Source: Anaerolineales bacterium (lineage in GTDB: Bacteria; Chloroflexota; Anaerolineae; Anaerolineales; UBA4823). Taken from it: DNA of 64,000 nucleotides. Position numbers and translations under genes: made by a program. Below are positions 12,789 to 21,862 of this stretch, one piece after another; position 1 is the first letter of the stretch; the number at the start of each line of letters is the position of its first letter. The stretch covers positions 1,151-65,150 of the forward strand of contig JBAPSY010000170.1 of assembly GCA_049281855.1 (NCBI GenBank), given 5' to 3'. The notes beneath the pieces were generated by a model, which was given only the letters and a program-made list of their open reading frames with translations, was not told the DNA's origin and did not search any database.

Positions 12789-13790
12789 ATGAACATTGCG
12801 ATGTGGCGCAAAGCCTTACAGGTCATTCCGCATGTATCCAAAGATGAGTGGAATAAGTTGGATGTGATCTCCAAATGGTTGATCTCCACCCGGGCTGCGG
12901 TACTGATCATGACATTTCTTTCTGCAGCTTTCGCAGGTATCTTTGCTTTTCGCGACGGGAAATTTGACCTAGTAAAGTGGGTGCTACTAACCCTTGGGCT
13001 GATCTTCTCGCATGCAACCAACAACCTGTTGAATGATTTTACTGACTATAACCGCGGTGTCGACCAGGATAATTATTACCGGGCGCAATATGGACCCCAA
13101 CCTTTGGTACATGGACTGATGAACAAACGCCAGCATCTCACTTATGCTGGTGTGACGGGCGCGATCGCCTTGATATTTGGCCTCATCTTGGTGGCAATGA
13201 CCAACTTGTGGACGCTGCTGTTGCTGGCACTTGGAGTCTTTTTTGTCTTGTTCTACACCTGGCCGCTAAAATATATCGCCCTGGGTGAGATTGCTGTGCT
13301 ATTGGTGTGGGGACCGCTCATGATCGGTGGTGGATACTACGCCATCACAGGCAACTGGAGCTGGATGGTGGTGCTCGCCAGCCTGCCCTATGCCCTAGGA
13401 GTGACAGGGGTGATCTTCGGGAAGCATATTGACAAGTATGAAATGGATAAAGAGCGTCACATTCACACCCTGCCAGTGGTGATTGGGGAGCGGAACGCCC
13501 GCTACACACTGGTTGCCATACTTATTTTGCAGTATGTGTTCACCCTGGCGTTGGTCCTCACAGGCTTCTACACCCTGGTGATGGCTGCAGTGGTATTGGC
13601 AATTCCCACCTTGCGAAAAATCTGGCCGATGTTTGGAGCCCCCAAGCCAGACGAAAAGCCAGCAGATTATCCGGACGTTTGGCCGAATTATTTCGTGGCA
13701 GCAGCCTTCATACATAACCGAAGCTTCGGCATCTGGTTCATGCTAGCTTTGATTGTCGACTCAGTTTTGAAGGTTTATATCTTGATGTAA
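12789..13790 (+). CDS. UbiA-family prenyltransferase (MenA-like motif)
   Basis: 333 aa and polytopic. NNLLNDFTDYNRGVD matches the NDxxDxxxGxD prenyl-diphosphate binding motif of MenA-type UbiA enzymes. Confidence 0.75.
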   Translation: MNIAMWRKALQVIPHVSKDEWNKLDVISKWLISTRAAVLIMTFLSAAFAGIFAFRDGKFDLVKWVLLTLGLIFSHATNNLLNDFTDYNRGVDQDNYYRAQYGPQPLVHGLMNKRQHLTYAGVTGAIALIFGLILVAMTNLWTLLLLALGVFFVLFYTWPLKYIALGEIAVLLVWGPLMIGGGYYAITGNWSWMVVLASLPYALGVTGVIFGKHIDKYEMDKERHIHTLPVVIGERNARYTLVAILILQYVFTLALVLTGFYTLVMAAVVLAIPTLRKIWPMFGAPKPDEKPADYPDVWPNYFVAAAFIHNRSFGIWFMLALIVDSVLKVYILM

Positions 13791-13795
13791 TTAGA

Positions 13796-14440
13796 TCAAC
13801 CTGCCGGGAAGACCAGGTCTTCCTTGCCCACCAAAATGTCTTGAATGCGTTTCACGACAACGTCTAGGTGTTGTGGTTTGTGAACGAAATCCAGATCGTC
13901 TGAGCGGATCGTCAGCACCGGGCACACATCGAAGCTTTTTAGCCAATCATCGTAAAAAGATTCGAGCAGAGATAAATACTCCTCAGTAATACCGGTTTCG
14001 ATACTACGAGCACGGCTATGAATGCGGTTCATCAACACCTGAACCGGTGCTTTTAAGTAGATCAATAAATCTGGGGGTGGCAATTGCGAAGTGATCAGAT
14101 CAAACACGCGCCGATACGAAAGATAATCGCGTTCGTCCACATTCCCCATATGGTGTAGAGCCCTGGCAAAGATATATTCATCCTCATAAATTGTACGATC
14201 AAAGATCACCGATTGCGGTTCTTTTGTCATCTGAAGGTATTGTTCAGCACGATGACCCAGGAAAAATATCTGTAAATGAAATGACCACTCTCGCATATCT
14301 TTGTAAAAATCAGCCAGATAAGGGTTATCTGACACCGATTCAAATGCACATCGCCATCCCATGCGCTCACCTAGCCTTTCAGCCAGTGAGGTCTTGCCTG
14401 CTCCGATATTTCCAGCCACGATGACGAGACGTTTGGTCAT
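13796..14440 (-). CDS. Deoxynucleoside kinase
   Basis: 214 aa. It has the P-loop GNIGAGKTSLAERL and FESVSDNPYLADFY...SFHLQIFFL, typical of the dNK/dCK/dGK family. Confidence 0.85.
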   Translation of the reverse strand: MTKRLVIVAGNIGAGKTSLAERLGERMGWRCAFESVSDNPYLADFYKDMREWSFHLQIFFLGHRAEQYLQMTKEPQSVIFDRTIYEDEYIFARALHHMGNVDERDYLSYRRVFDLITSQLPPPDLLIYLKAPVQVLMNRIHSRARSIETGITEEYLSLLESFYDDWLKSFDVCPVLTIRSDDLDFVHKPQHLDVVVKRIQDILVGKEDLVFPAG

Positions 14441-14595
14441 TTAATTACCTCCAAAAGGAATTATATCCTTAAGTATGTATAAACCTTCAGCCTACCAGGA
14501 ACAACTATCGTATAATCTACGTCATAATAACCGTATGGATTTAATTTAATCCATCAAACTTAATTATATGATTGAACTATCTTGAGGGAAAGAAA

Positions 14596-15816
14596 ATGAA
14601 AATCCCATCACTCCGCATCCTATCTATATTTTTGCTAATCACTGTATTGGTTTCTGGCTGCAATATGCCCAGCTCAGGGGTGTCAACGCCGAGTCCGGAG
14701 GTGGTTATGACGGAAGCAGCACAAACCGCTCAGGTGGTACCTACCAACACCCAGGTCATCGTTCAGCCAACCAGTATGGTTACACAAGTGCCTGCCACAC
14801 CCACTACAGTCAGCCTGCCGACGGCGACGTCCACACCAATACCTACCGCAACTATGCCTCCAACACCCACTTCAGCCTCCTGCACGAACCTGGCTAAATT
14901 TGTGGCCGATGTGACCATACCCGATGATACCGAAATGTTACCCGGACAGGTGTTCATCAAAACCTGGCGTTTGCAAAATGTGGGCACATGTACCTGGTCT
15001 GACCAATATGGTCTGTTTTTTGTGAATGGCGATCAGATGAATGGTACCAGCCCACTACCCCTGACTGGTTCCATTGCACCAAGCAGCACCGTTGACCTTT
15101 CTGTAACGTTGAAGGCTCCGGGCACAGCTGGCACATATCGTGGCACTTGGGTACTATACACTCCTAGCGCGTTCAACTATAATCCTGAAACTGATGCGAT
15201 TGCGTCATTCTACGTTCAAATCAAGGTCGTGGAGGGTGTATCCGAGTTGAACCTTGGAACCGCGACGTGGACTGACAATCTGGATAATGCTGATAACTGG
15301 TACTTGCTGGATACAGTTAATACAAAATTCACTGAAGGTGATGGAAAGCTGGTGATGACATCCATCAACCCTGGTGGTGGCGAAGAATGGGATCTCTCCG
15401 ACCAGCCATCCATGGACGATTATTACCTGCAAGCGACCTTCATCACCGGGAGTGCCTGTTCAGGGCTTGATAAGTATGGCTTATTAGCACGGGCTCCCGA
15501 CCCTGATAAAGGTTATGTCTTCGAGTTCTCCTGTGATGGTCATTACCGCTTATACACCTGGGATGGACAAAATTACAATGCCCTTCAGGAATGGCGCACA
15601 TCATCGTCAATCCTAGCAGGCACGAACCAGACCAATGTCATGGGGATCTATATGGATGGCACCACGCTGCGCTTATACGCTAATGGTCATAAGCTGGCAG
15701 AATTCACCGACAACACATTCGGCCATGGTCAGTTTGGGCTGGTCATCGGATCGGTAAATACAAATAATTTCACTGTCTCGGTTGACCAGGTGGCTTATTG
15801 GGAGTTCAACCACTAA
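14596..15816 (+). CDS. Exported lipoprotein with an NBR1-Ig-like (FW) domain and a C-terminal lectin/LamG-like domain
   Basis: The ORF starts at TTG 14572. I prefer ATG 14596 (GAGGGA upstream), which gives MKIPSLRILSIFLLITVLVSGC (lipobox). A Pro/Thr linker follows. Then VTIPDDTEMLPGQVFIKTWRLQNVGTCTW...GTYRGTWVL resembles the NBR1 FW/Ig-like fold. The assignment of the C-terminal domain is tentative. Confidence 0.55.
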   Translation: MKIPSLRILSIFLLITVLVSGCNMPSSGVSTPSPEVVMTEAAQTAQVVPTNTQVIVQPTSMVTQVPATPTTVSLPTATSTPIPTATMPPTPTSASCTNLAKFVADVTIPDDTEMLPGQVFIKTWRLQNVGTCTWSDQYGLFFVNGDQMNGTSPLPLTGSIAPSSTVDLSVTLKAPGTAGTYRGTWVLYTPSAFNYNPETDAIASFYVQIKVVEGVSELNLGTATWTDNLDNADNWYLLDTVNTKFTEGDGKLVMTSINPGGGEEWDLSDQPSMDDYYLQATFITGSACSGLDKYGLLARAPDPDKGYVFEFSCDGHYRLYTWDGQNYNALQEWRTSSSILAGTNQTNVMGIYMDGTTLRLYANGHKLAEFTDNTFGHGQFGLVIGSVNTNNFTVSVDQVAYWEFNH

Positions 15817-15843
15817 AAGATCAAGATCATTAGAATTTCATCC

Positions 15844-15887
15844 AAAAACCCTGCTTAGACAAACCTCCGCAGGGTTTTTGTTTTTTT
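15844..15887 (+). terminator. Rho-independent terminator
   Basis: AAACCCTGC / GCAGGGTTT stem with a 14-nt loop, followed by TTTTTGTTTTTTT. Confidence 0.8.
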
Positions 15888-15985
15888 CCAAGTGAAAGGA
15901 ATTGAATATTGTTAATATGATTCCTTAACGATTTCTGAACAGTCTGCAGATATACTGACAATAAGTTAATCTGGCGAATTTTCAT

Positions 15986-16378
15986 ATGCTACCAACGAAG
16001 GTCCTACTTTTCAGCGTGGATGATTCCATGACGAGCTCCGTGATCAGATGCCTGACGGAAGCAGGTTATAAGGTGATTCATACATCTCTGGGGGCTGAGG
16101 CGATTGACTTAATCCATGCTGAAAAACCAGCCCTCATCATCCTTGATATTGAATTACCTGACCATAACAGCCTGGCAATTATCCGTTCGCTCCGTTCTGA
16201 AGAACTGAATGATAGGATACCGGTGATTTTGATGGGGTCGAATATTATGGAAGAGGATGTCTTGATCGGGTTGGAGGTTGGTGCTGACTTATGCCTGTTG
16301 GAGACGTTTCACCCCCAGGTATTTATAGCGCGTGTGCGCTCGCTTCTACGGCGGACTGAGCCTTTGAAAGTGCACTAA
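15986..16378 (+). CDS. Single-domain response regulator (receiver only)
   Basis: 130 aa. It has the acidic pair (FSVDDS), a phospho-acceptor context (LIILDIELPD) and no output domain. Confidence 0.8.
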   Translation: MLPTKVLLFSVDDSMTSSVIRCLTEAGYKVIHTSLGAEAIDLIHAEKPALIILDIELPDHNSLAIIRSLRSEELNDRIPVILMGSNIMEEDVLIGLEVGADLCLLETFHPQVFIARVRSLLRRTEPLKVH

Positions 16379-16422
16379 GAAGCCCATTAAAAAGTTCACC
16401 TAGATTTTTAATTTAACTGGAT

Positions 16423-17799
16423 TCATTCAGGTTTGAATGGATTTAGCGAAATTGTAAATTCCGCGCCCTGACCAGGGGCACTCTCAACGCTGATTTTCCC
16501 ACCATGCGCTTCGACCATAGACTTGGCAATCGCCAACCCAAGACCAGATTCTCCATTATGCTGCCGAGATTTATCCCCACGGTAAAAACGATCAAAAATA
16601 TGGGGTAAGTCTTCTGCAGTAATACCTCTACCGGTATCCTTTACCTTTATCTGAACATCCCCATTCGCTGCATACGCTCCAAGCAGCACCTTGCCCCCTT
16701 CAGGGGTATAACGAAACGCATTCAATATGAGGTTATCCAACACTTGAGACATACGCTCCACGTCCACATTCACCAGTGGCAAATCTTCCTCGGCATCAAT
16801 CAGCAAAGTGATTTGACGTTGTTTGGCAGTCGCGGTGTGACGTGCGACTACGCGTTCGAGAAGTGCATGAGGGCGAGTAGGCTGAAGGGATAGAGACAAT
16901 TCACCAGCATCAGCCAGCGAAAGCAAGCGCAGGTCATCCACCAGGTGATCAAGGTGTTTGGTTTCCTGCAACAGGATGTTATACACCTCCTGATTCCCTG
17001 GTAATTTATTATCACTCAGCGCCTCAGCGTATCCCGTAATGACGCTCAACGGAGAGCGTAGGTCATGGGCTATATCCGCAGTCATTTGCTGGCGGGCTTT
17101 GGTCGCTTTTTCAAGGTCGAGGCTCATTTGATTAAACGAAGTGGCTAACTTTCCGATCTCATCCTTGGAGCGTACTTTAACCTGTTTACCGAACCTACCC
17201 CTGGCAATCTCAACCGTAACCTCGGTTAAATCTCGCAATGAGCGGGTCATGGTAAATGCAAGCAACCCACCCAAGCACAGGGCTAATAATACTGCCACCG
17301 AGGCGCTCAGCAGGGTGGCGCTATTTACATTGCGGAGGAAATTGGCTTCAGGGGTGTTGGGGGTAAAATTGCGACTGACTGGCGTTAACACCAACCAGCC
17401 GATGGTTTGATTATTGACTTGAAGGGAGATCGCTCCTGTCAGATTGCTCTTATTTAGCGTATGCCCGATTTCATCAGGCTGGTTACTGTAAATAACGACG
17501 CGATCTAGTCCGACAAGGGTAAACGGACTTCCTCCTATAGGAATGTTATGACCTCCCACTTGCCGCAGCGGAGGGGAGCTTTGCAGGAAGGTGATGTCAT
17601 TACCCACTCCTGCCCAAGAACCATTTGCCTGGTAATAAACAATGAGGTTATCCGCCAGGGTTTGCTGTTCCTGGTTGACGATGAAATTACTGAACGCGGC
17701 TCGTGTTCGCTGTTGGACAATTACCGTCACCAGGATCGAGCCAGTCAGGCCAACCAGAAGAAATGCCAGGGTAAGTTTTACTGCCAAAGAACGCATCAC
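16423..17799 (-). CDS. Sensor histidine kinase (TM - extracytoplasmic domain - TM - HAMP - HisKA - HATPase)
   Basis: 458 aa. H-box: ADIAHDLRSPLSV. N/G boxes: LNAFRYTPEGG, DTGRGI, GLGLAIAKSMVEAHGG. Confidence 0.9.
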   Translation of the reverse strand: MMRSLAVKLTLAFLLVGLTGSILVTVIVQQRTRAAFSNFIVNQEQQTLADNLIVYYQANGSWAGVGNDITFLQSSPPLRQVGGHNIPIGGSPFTLVGLDRVVIYSNQPDEIGHTLNKSNLTGAISLQVNNQTIGWLVLTPVSRNFTPNTPEANFLRNVNSATLLSASVAVLLALCLGGLLAFTMTRSLRDLTEVTVEIARGRFGKQVKVRSKDEIGKLATSFNQMSLDLEKATKARQQMTADIAHDLRSPLSVITGYAEALSDNKLPGNQEVYNILLQETKHLDHLVDDLRLLSLADAGELSLSLQPTRPHALLERVVARHTATAKQRQITLLIDAEEDLPLVNVDVERMSQVLDNLILNAFRYTPEGGKVLLGAYAANGDVQIKVKDTGRGITAEDLPHIFDRFYRGDKSRQHNGESGLGLAIAKSMVEAHGGKISVESAPGQGAEFTISLNPFKPE

Positions 17800-17810
17800 A
17801 AGTGCTATCC

Positions 17811-18497
17811 TTAATCCCGGGTTGTAAATCGGTAACCCGCTCCATAAACTGTTTCAATATATGTAGGATTGGCTGCATCTGGTTCTATCTTTGCCCTTAA
17901 ATTTCGGATATGAACATCGATCGTACGCTCATATCCTTCATATGCTGTGCCTTGTAATCGATCCAGCAGCTCCAAACGCGAAAATACCCTCCCTGGTGTG
18001 GCCATCAAGGTCCCCAGCAAGGAAAACTCTGAGGGGGTTAATACGACCATCTGTCCATTTACAGTTGTGATACGCCCGGCCCAATCTAATTCAATCGCAC
18101 CAATCCTTAAGATCTCTTGAGCTGAAGCTTGCTTTTCTGACATGCGGAGAACTGCGCGCACACGGGCAGTCAGCTCCCGCGGGCTGAATGGCTTGGTGAC
18201 GTAATCATCCGCTCCCAGCTCCAGGCCGAGTACTTTGTCATTTTCATCGATCTTTGCGGTCAGGATGACCACGGGAGTATCCGCTTCACGGTTATACGAG
18301 CGCATGAATTCGTATCCACCCATCTCAGGCATCATAAGATCCAGGATGATCAGATTGGGTTTTTCATGCCGGGCAACATATAAAGCCTCCTGCCCATCAT
18401 TGGCCGTGACAACGTCAAAACCCTCCTGGTTCAGATAGGATTTTAAAAGAGTGCGAAGCTCGAGTTTATCGTCAACGACCAATATTTTCTTAGCCAT
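17811..18497 (-). CDS. OmpR/PhoB-family DNA-binding response regulator
   Basis: 228 aa. It has a receiver domain (LIILDLMMPEMGG) and a winged-helix C-terminus (IETVYGAGYRF). Confidence 0.92.
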   Translation of the reverse strand: MAKKILVVDDKLELRTLLKSYLNQEGFDVVTANDGQEALYVARHEKPNLIILDLMMPEMGGYEFMRSYNREADTPVVILTAKIDENDKVLGLELGADDYVTKPFSPRELTARVRAVLRMSEKQASAQEILRIGAIELDWAGRITTVNGQMVVLTPSEFSLLGTLMATPGRVFSRLELLDRLQGTAYEGYERTIDVHIRNLRAKIEPDAANPTYIETVYGAGYRFTTRD

Positions 18498-18560
18498 AAT
18501 TGGATTTTATCATCACTCACTAAAACCTGTCATTTAGGATTCAAGCCTTCGGCAAAAAGG

Positions 18561-18617
18561 GAGTATCCGGGGGGCTCAACCCTGGTATCCGGGGTAGTAA
18601 GCCCCGGATACTTTTTC
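18561..18617. terminator. Three-arm hairpin element (GTATCCGGGG x2 plus its complement x1) with U-tracts on both strands
   Basis: On the plus strand, GTATCCGGGG-TAGTAAG-CCCCGGATAC is followed by TTTTT. On the minus strand the same arm can also pair with a second copy, which is followed by CCCTTTTT. The element lies between the LTXXQ gene and the RR-HK operon. Confidence 0.45.
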
Positions 18618-18656
18618 TACCCTTAGGAGAAGAGATGAAGCAGTTTCAAGATATTC

Positions 18657-19421
18657 TTATGGTGTCGCGGAAGGTAAGGAATTGTTATCTGGCATAAAAC
18701 CTCCACCGCCACGCCCGTGTGGACCACCATGACCACCCCAACCGCCCATGCCTGGCATGAACATCTTGCTGCTGTTGCTCAGGATTTGGTCAGCCTGAGA
18801 TTGGGTGATCGCACCAGAAGCTACTGCTGCGTTGACGGCGGTTGTGAATGCGGATTGCATGCTGGACTGGAAGGTAGTGTCATTGGATAACGTATACTGA
18901 CCTTTCATCAAGTCTGCCTGTGCCTGAGTGAGATTGCCATCCGTCACCATTTGATCGATATTGGTGTCGTAAGCCGTCTGATAGGCTGCTTTCAATGTAT
19001 CCACACTGATGCCCAGGGCATCCGCCAGAACTGTATTGAAATCGATCCCATTCTGGGTCAGCCAGCCATCCCAACGATTACCAAAAGGAAAAGCAGTGCC
19101 ATTTGTGGTCAGCTGGTCAGCCTGTGCCTGAGTGATCAGACCATCCGAAACAGCCTGTTTCAGAGCAGCTGAATACGCATCTTGGTAAGCTGTATTCAAC
19201 GCATCTACTGTGATGCCCAAGGCATTAGCCAGATCTTCGTTCGTATAGCCTCCGTTAGGACCTTTTCCAATTCCCCAGCTGAGGTTAGCCTGGGTGATAG
19301 TGCTTGTGGAAACGGTGGTGGGTGTTGCGGCAAATACCGATCGGTAGGCTATGGCTCCGAAGGTTATTGCGACCGCCAAAGCACCCAGGACGAGAATGAT
19401 TATGGTTTTTTTATGTTGCAT
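18657..19421 (-). CDS. Exported LTXXQ-repeat protein with a Gly/His/Met-rich tail (ZraP/CpxP/Spy-like)
   Basis: 254 aa with a signal peptide. There are roughly three ~45-aa repeats ending in LITQAQADQL, NLTQAQADLM and AITQSQADQI (LTXXQ-type). The C-terminus is MPGMGGWGGHGGPHGRGGGGFMP. Confidence 0.6.
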   Translation of the reverse strand: MQHKKTIIILVLGALAVAITFGAIAYRSVFAATPTTVSTSTITQANLSWGIGKGPNGGYTNEDLANALGITVDALNTAYQDAYSAALKQAVSDGLITQAQADQLTTNGTAFPFGNRWDGWLTQNGIDFNTVLADALGISVDTLKAAYQTAYDTNIDQMVTDGNLTQAQADLMKGQYTLSNDTTFQSSMQSAFTTAVNAAVASGAITQSQADQILSNSSKMFMPGMGGWGGHGGPHGRGGGGFMPDNNSLPSATP

Positions 19422-19700
19422 TTTTTCAAAAATCTCCTTTTGTATCTAGTTTTAACCATAAGATCCGGTTTGGATCTGTCTATAGGATAGCAAGGAGATA
19501 TTCAGGAAATATTAAGAAGTTGTTTTGATAGGATTAGGATTTTTCCCACCGGTTCCCTAATTTAGATTTATATAGTGAAATCACAGATAGAAATACAAAT
19601 CCGTGAAATTCATAACAATTTCTAAATAATCTCTGAACCTTGTCTTTATACTCTTTCTCTACAATGAACTTGATCAAACTGTTCATATAAAAGGAGGCTC

Positions 19701-21128
19701 ATGTTTAGAAAACCCTTGTTTTGGATTTCGATTATTGTGTTATTGGCTGCTGCTATTGGGGGATATTACTATTACCGCCAGTCAACCACCACTGCTGAAG
19801 CGGCCAGCGCAACCCCTCTCCAGACATCCACTGTAAAGCGAGGCAACCTGGTAATCTCTGCCAGTGGAACTGGGTCGGTCATCACCGAGCACGAAGTCCA
19901 GCTGGGCTTTGAGACAGGTGGGGTGCTTACAAAATTAAACATAGTCGTTGGAGATGAGGTTAAAGAAGGTGATGTGCTGGCTGAAGCCCAGCCCAGCGAT
20001 TCTGCTGCCACCATCCAGTCCAAGCTGACCTCAGCCCAACTCTCAGTATTGCAGGCTCAGCAAAATTTGGATGATCTCAACTCCACCACAACCAATGATG
20101 TCACCCAGGCACAGATCCAATCGAATCTGGCTCAAAAGCAGCTGGATCTAATTGAAACGCAGAGTACCCTCACCACGCTGATCAATACGCGTGCAACAAT
20201 GAATGGAAAACGCTGTGGTAGTGATACGATTGCAAGCAAACAAGACGCGTACGACATAGCTTTAGAGCGTTACAACCGCTCAGCACATCTGACGAATAGC
20301 ACAGAATATCAGCAATTACAAGCCGCTGAACTAAACCTAAATTGGTGTAGCTCTAATTATTCACAAGCTGAGCTCGATGCTGCAGATGCCGAAATTGCAT
20401 CCATACAGGCATCCATCCAATTAATGCAATCTCAAATCTTGGAGTACCAAACCCAGATGGCAGACTTGACGGATTCGTCCGGATCTGGCTCATTGGATAT
20501 CGCCATCGCTCAGGCGCAGCTAGATAATTCCAAAGCGCAATTAGAAGTTGTCGAGCAAGAATCGATCAGCAGCACGATCCTCGCCCCCTTCGATGGGACA
20601 ATCCTGGCGATCTCGTCTCAGGTAGGTGATAACGTTGGCACCAATGCATTTATTACCCTGGCTGACCTCAGCCAGCCATATCTGGAAGTATTAGTGGATG
20701 AGACGGATTTAAACAACATCGGCGTTGATTATAACGTACAGGTCACCTTCGATGCCTTGCCCAACCAGATTTTCACGGGGAAGGTGATCAGTGTAGACCC
20801 AAGCCTTATCGGAGTTGGGAATGTCACTGCGGTTCGCTCCACTGTGCAATTGGATACTGAATCGTTTTCTAAACCACAGACCCTTCCTATTGGCTTGAGC
20901 GCTACGGTTGAGATCATCAGTAACCAAGCTCAGAATGTCCTGCTTGTCCCGGTCGAAGCGTTGCGGGAGCTTTCTGAAGGAAGTTATGCAGTATTTGTCA
21001 TGGAAAACGGTACCCCTGTGCTGAAAACTGTTGAAGTTGGCTTGATGGACTACACCTATGCTGAGATCAAATCTGGATTGAATGAGGGTGATGTGGTCAC
21101 GACCGGAATTGTGGAGACAACCCCATGA
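19701..21128 (+). CDS. Efflux periplasmic adaptor (HlyD/MacA family)
   Basis: 475 aa. AAGGAGG lies upstream. It has an N-terminal TM, a lipoyl-like hairpin (KLNIVVGDEVKEGDVLAE), a long coiled coil, and beta-barrel/MPD-like C-terminal parts. Confidence 0.8.
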   Translation: MFRKPLFWISIIVLLAAAIGGYYYYRQSTTTAEAASATPLQTSTVKRGNLVISASGTGSVITEHEVQLGFETGGVLTKLNIVVGDEVKEGDVLAEAQPSDSAATIQSKLTSAQLSVLQAQQNLDDLNSTTTNDVTQAQIQSNLAQKQLDLIETQSTLTTLINTRATMNGKRCGSDTIASKQDAYDIALERYNRSAHLTNSTEYQQLQAAELNLNWCSSNYSQAELDAADAEIASIQASIQLMQSQILEYQTQMADLTDSSGSGSLDIAIAQAQLDNSKAQLEVVEQESISSTILAPFDGTILAISSQVGDNVGTNAFITLADLSQPYLEVLVDETDLNNIGVDYNVQVTFDALPNQIFTGKVISVDPSLIGVGNVTAVRSTVQLDTESFSKPQTLPIGLSATVEIISNQAQNVLLVPVEALRELSEGSYAVFVMENGTPVLKTVEVGLMDYTYAEIKSGLNEGDVVTTGIVETTP

Positions 21129-21862
21129 CCGAATCACCCATCATCGAAATCGACCAATTAACCAAGATCTACCAGATGGGCGATGTCCAGGTGGTTGCTT
21201 TAGATGGAGTCAGCCTGAATGTCCAGGCAGGTGAGTTCCTTGCCATCATGGGTCCCTCCGGTTCAGGCAAGTCCACATTGATGAATATCCTAGGCTGCCT
21301 GGACCGTCCCACCAGCGGGACATACCTGCTAGCAGGTGAGGATGTTAGTCGGATGAGCCGCGAGCAATTGGCACGCATCCGTAATCAAAAAATCGGTTTT
21401 GTTTTCCAATCGTACAACCTGCTTGCCCAGGCAACAGCTTTACAAAATGTACTCATGCCAATCGTGTACCGGCGAAACGGGCATACATCCACCAAAGATC
21501 GATTGGAATTGGCGCGCAACGCTCTCATTTTTGTCGGACTGGTTGACCGCGATCATCATAAGCCAACCGAAATGTCGGGAGGACAGCAACAACGCGTGGC
21601 AATTGCCCGGGCTTTGGTTAATTCACCCGCATTGATCCTGGCTGATGAGCCTACAGGTAACCTAGATTCTCATTCCGGGCTGGAGATCATGGAAATCTTG
21701 CAAAACCTGCATGCTGAGGGACATACGATTGTAATGATCACGCATGATGCCAGGAATGCTGCTTATGCTGAAAGGATCATCCATCTCCAGGATGGAAAGA
21801 TTGATGAGGATAACAATCATGTCATTTCACCAGCCCTTGCAGCTGCAGGAGGGTTAATATGA
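21125..21862 (+). CDS. ABC transporter ATP-binding protein (MacB/LolD type)
   Basis: 245 aa. Walker A: GPSGSGKST. Signature: [14 protein letters not shown]. Walker B: LILADEPT. It overlaps its neighbours by 4 nt. Confidence 0.92.
   Translation: MTESPIIEIDQLTKIYQMGDVQVVALDGVSLNVQAGEFLAIMGPSGSGKSTLMNILGCLDRPTSGTYLLAGEDVSRMSREQLARIRNQKIGFVFQSYNLLAQATALQNVLMPIVYRRNGHTSTKDRLELARNALIFVGLVDRDHHKPTEMSGGQQQRVAIARALVNSPALILADEPTGNLDSHSGLEIMEILQNLHAEGHTIVMITHDARNAAYAERIIHLQDGKIDEDNNHVISPALAAAGGLI

Noticed and set aside
12574-12792. 72-aa ORF in the DegT-UbiA spacer
   Set aside because: It has a non-ATG start, no ribosome-binding site I can see, and AT-rich, Ile/Leu/Asn-heavy composition. It overlaps the ubiA-family start. 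It is probably non-coding spacer.
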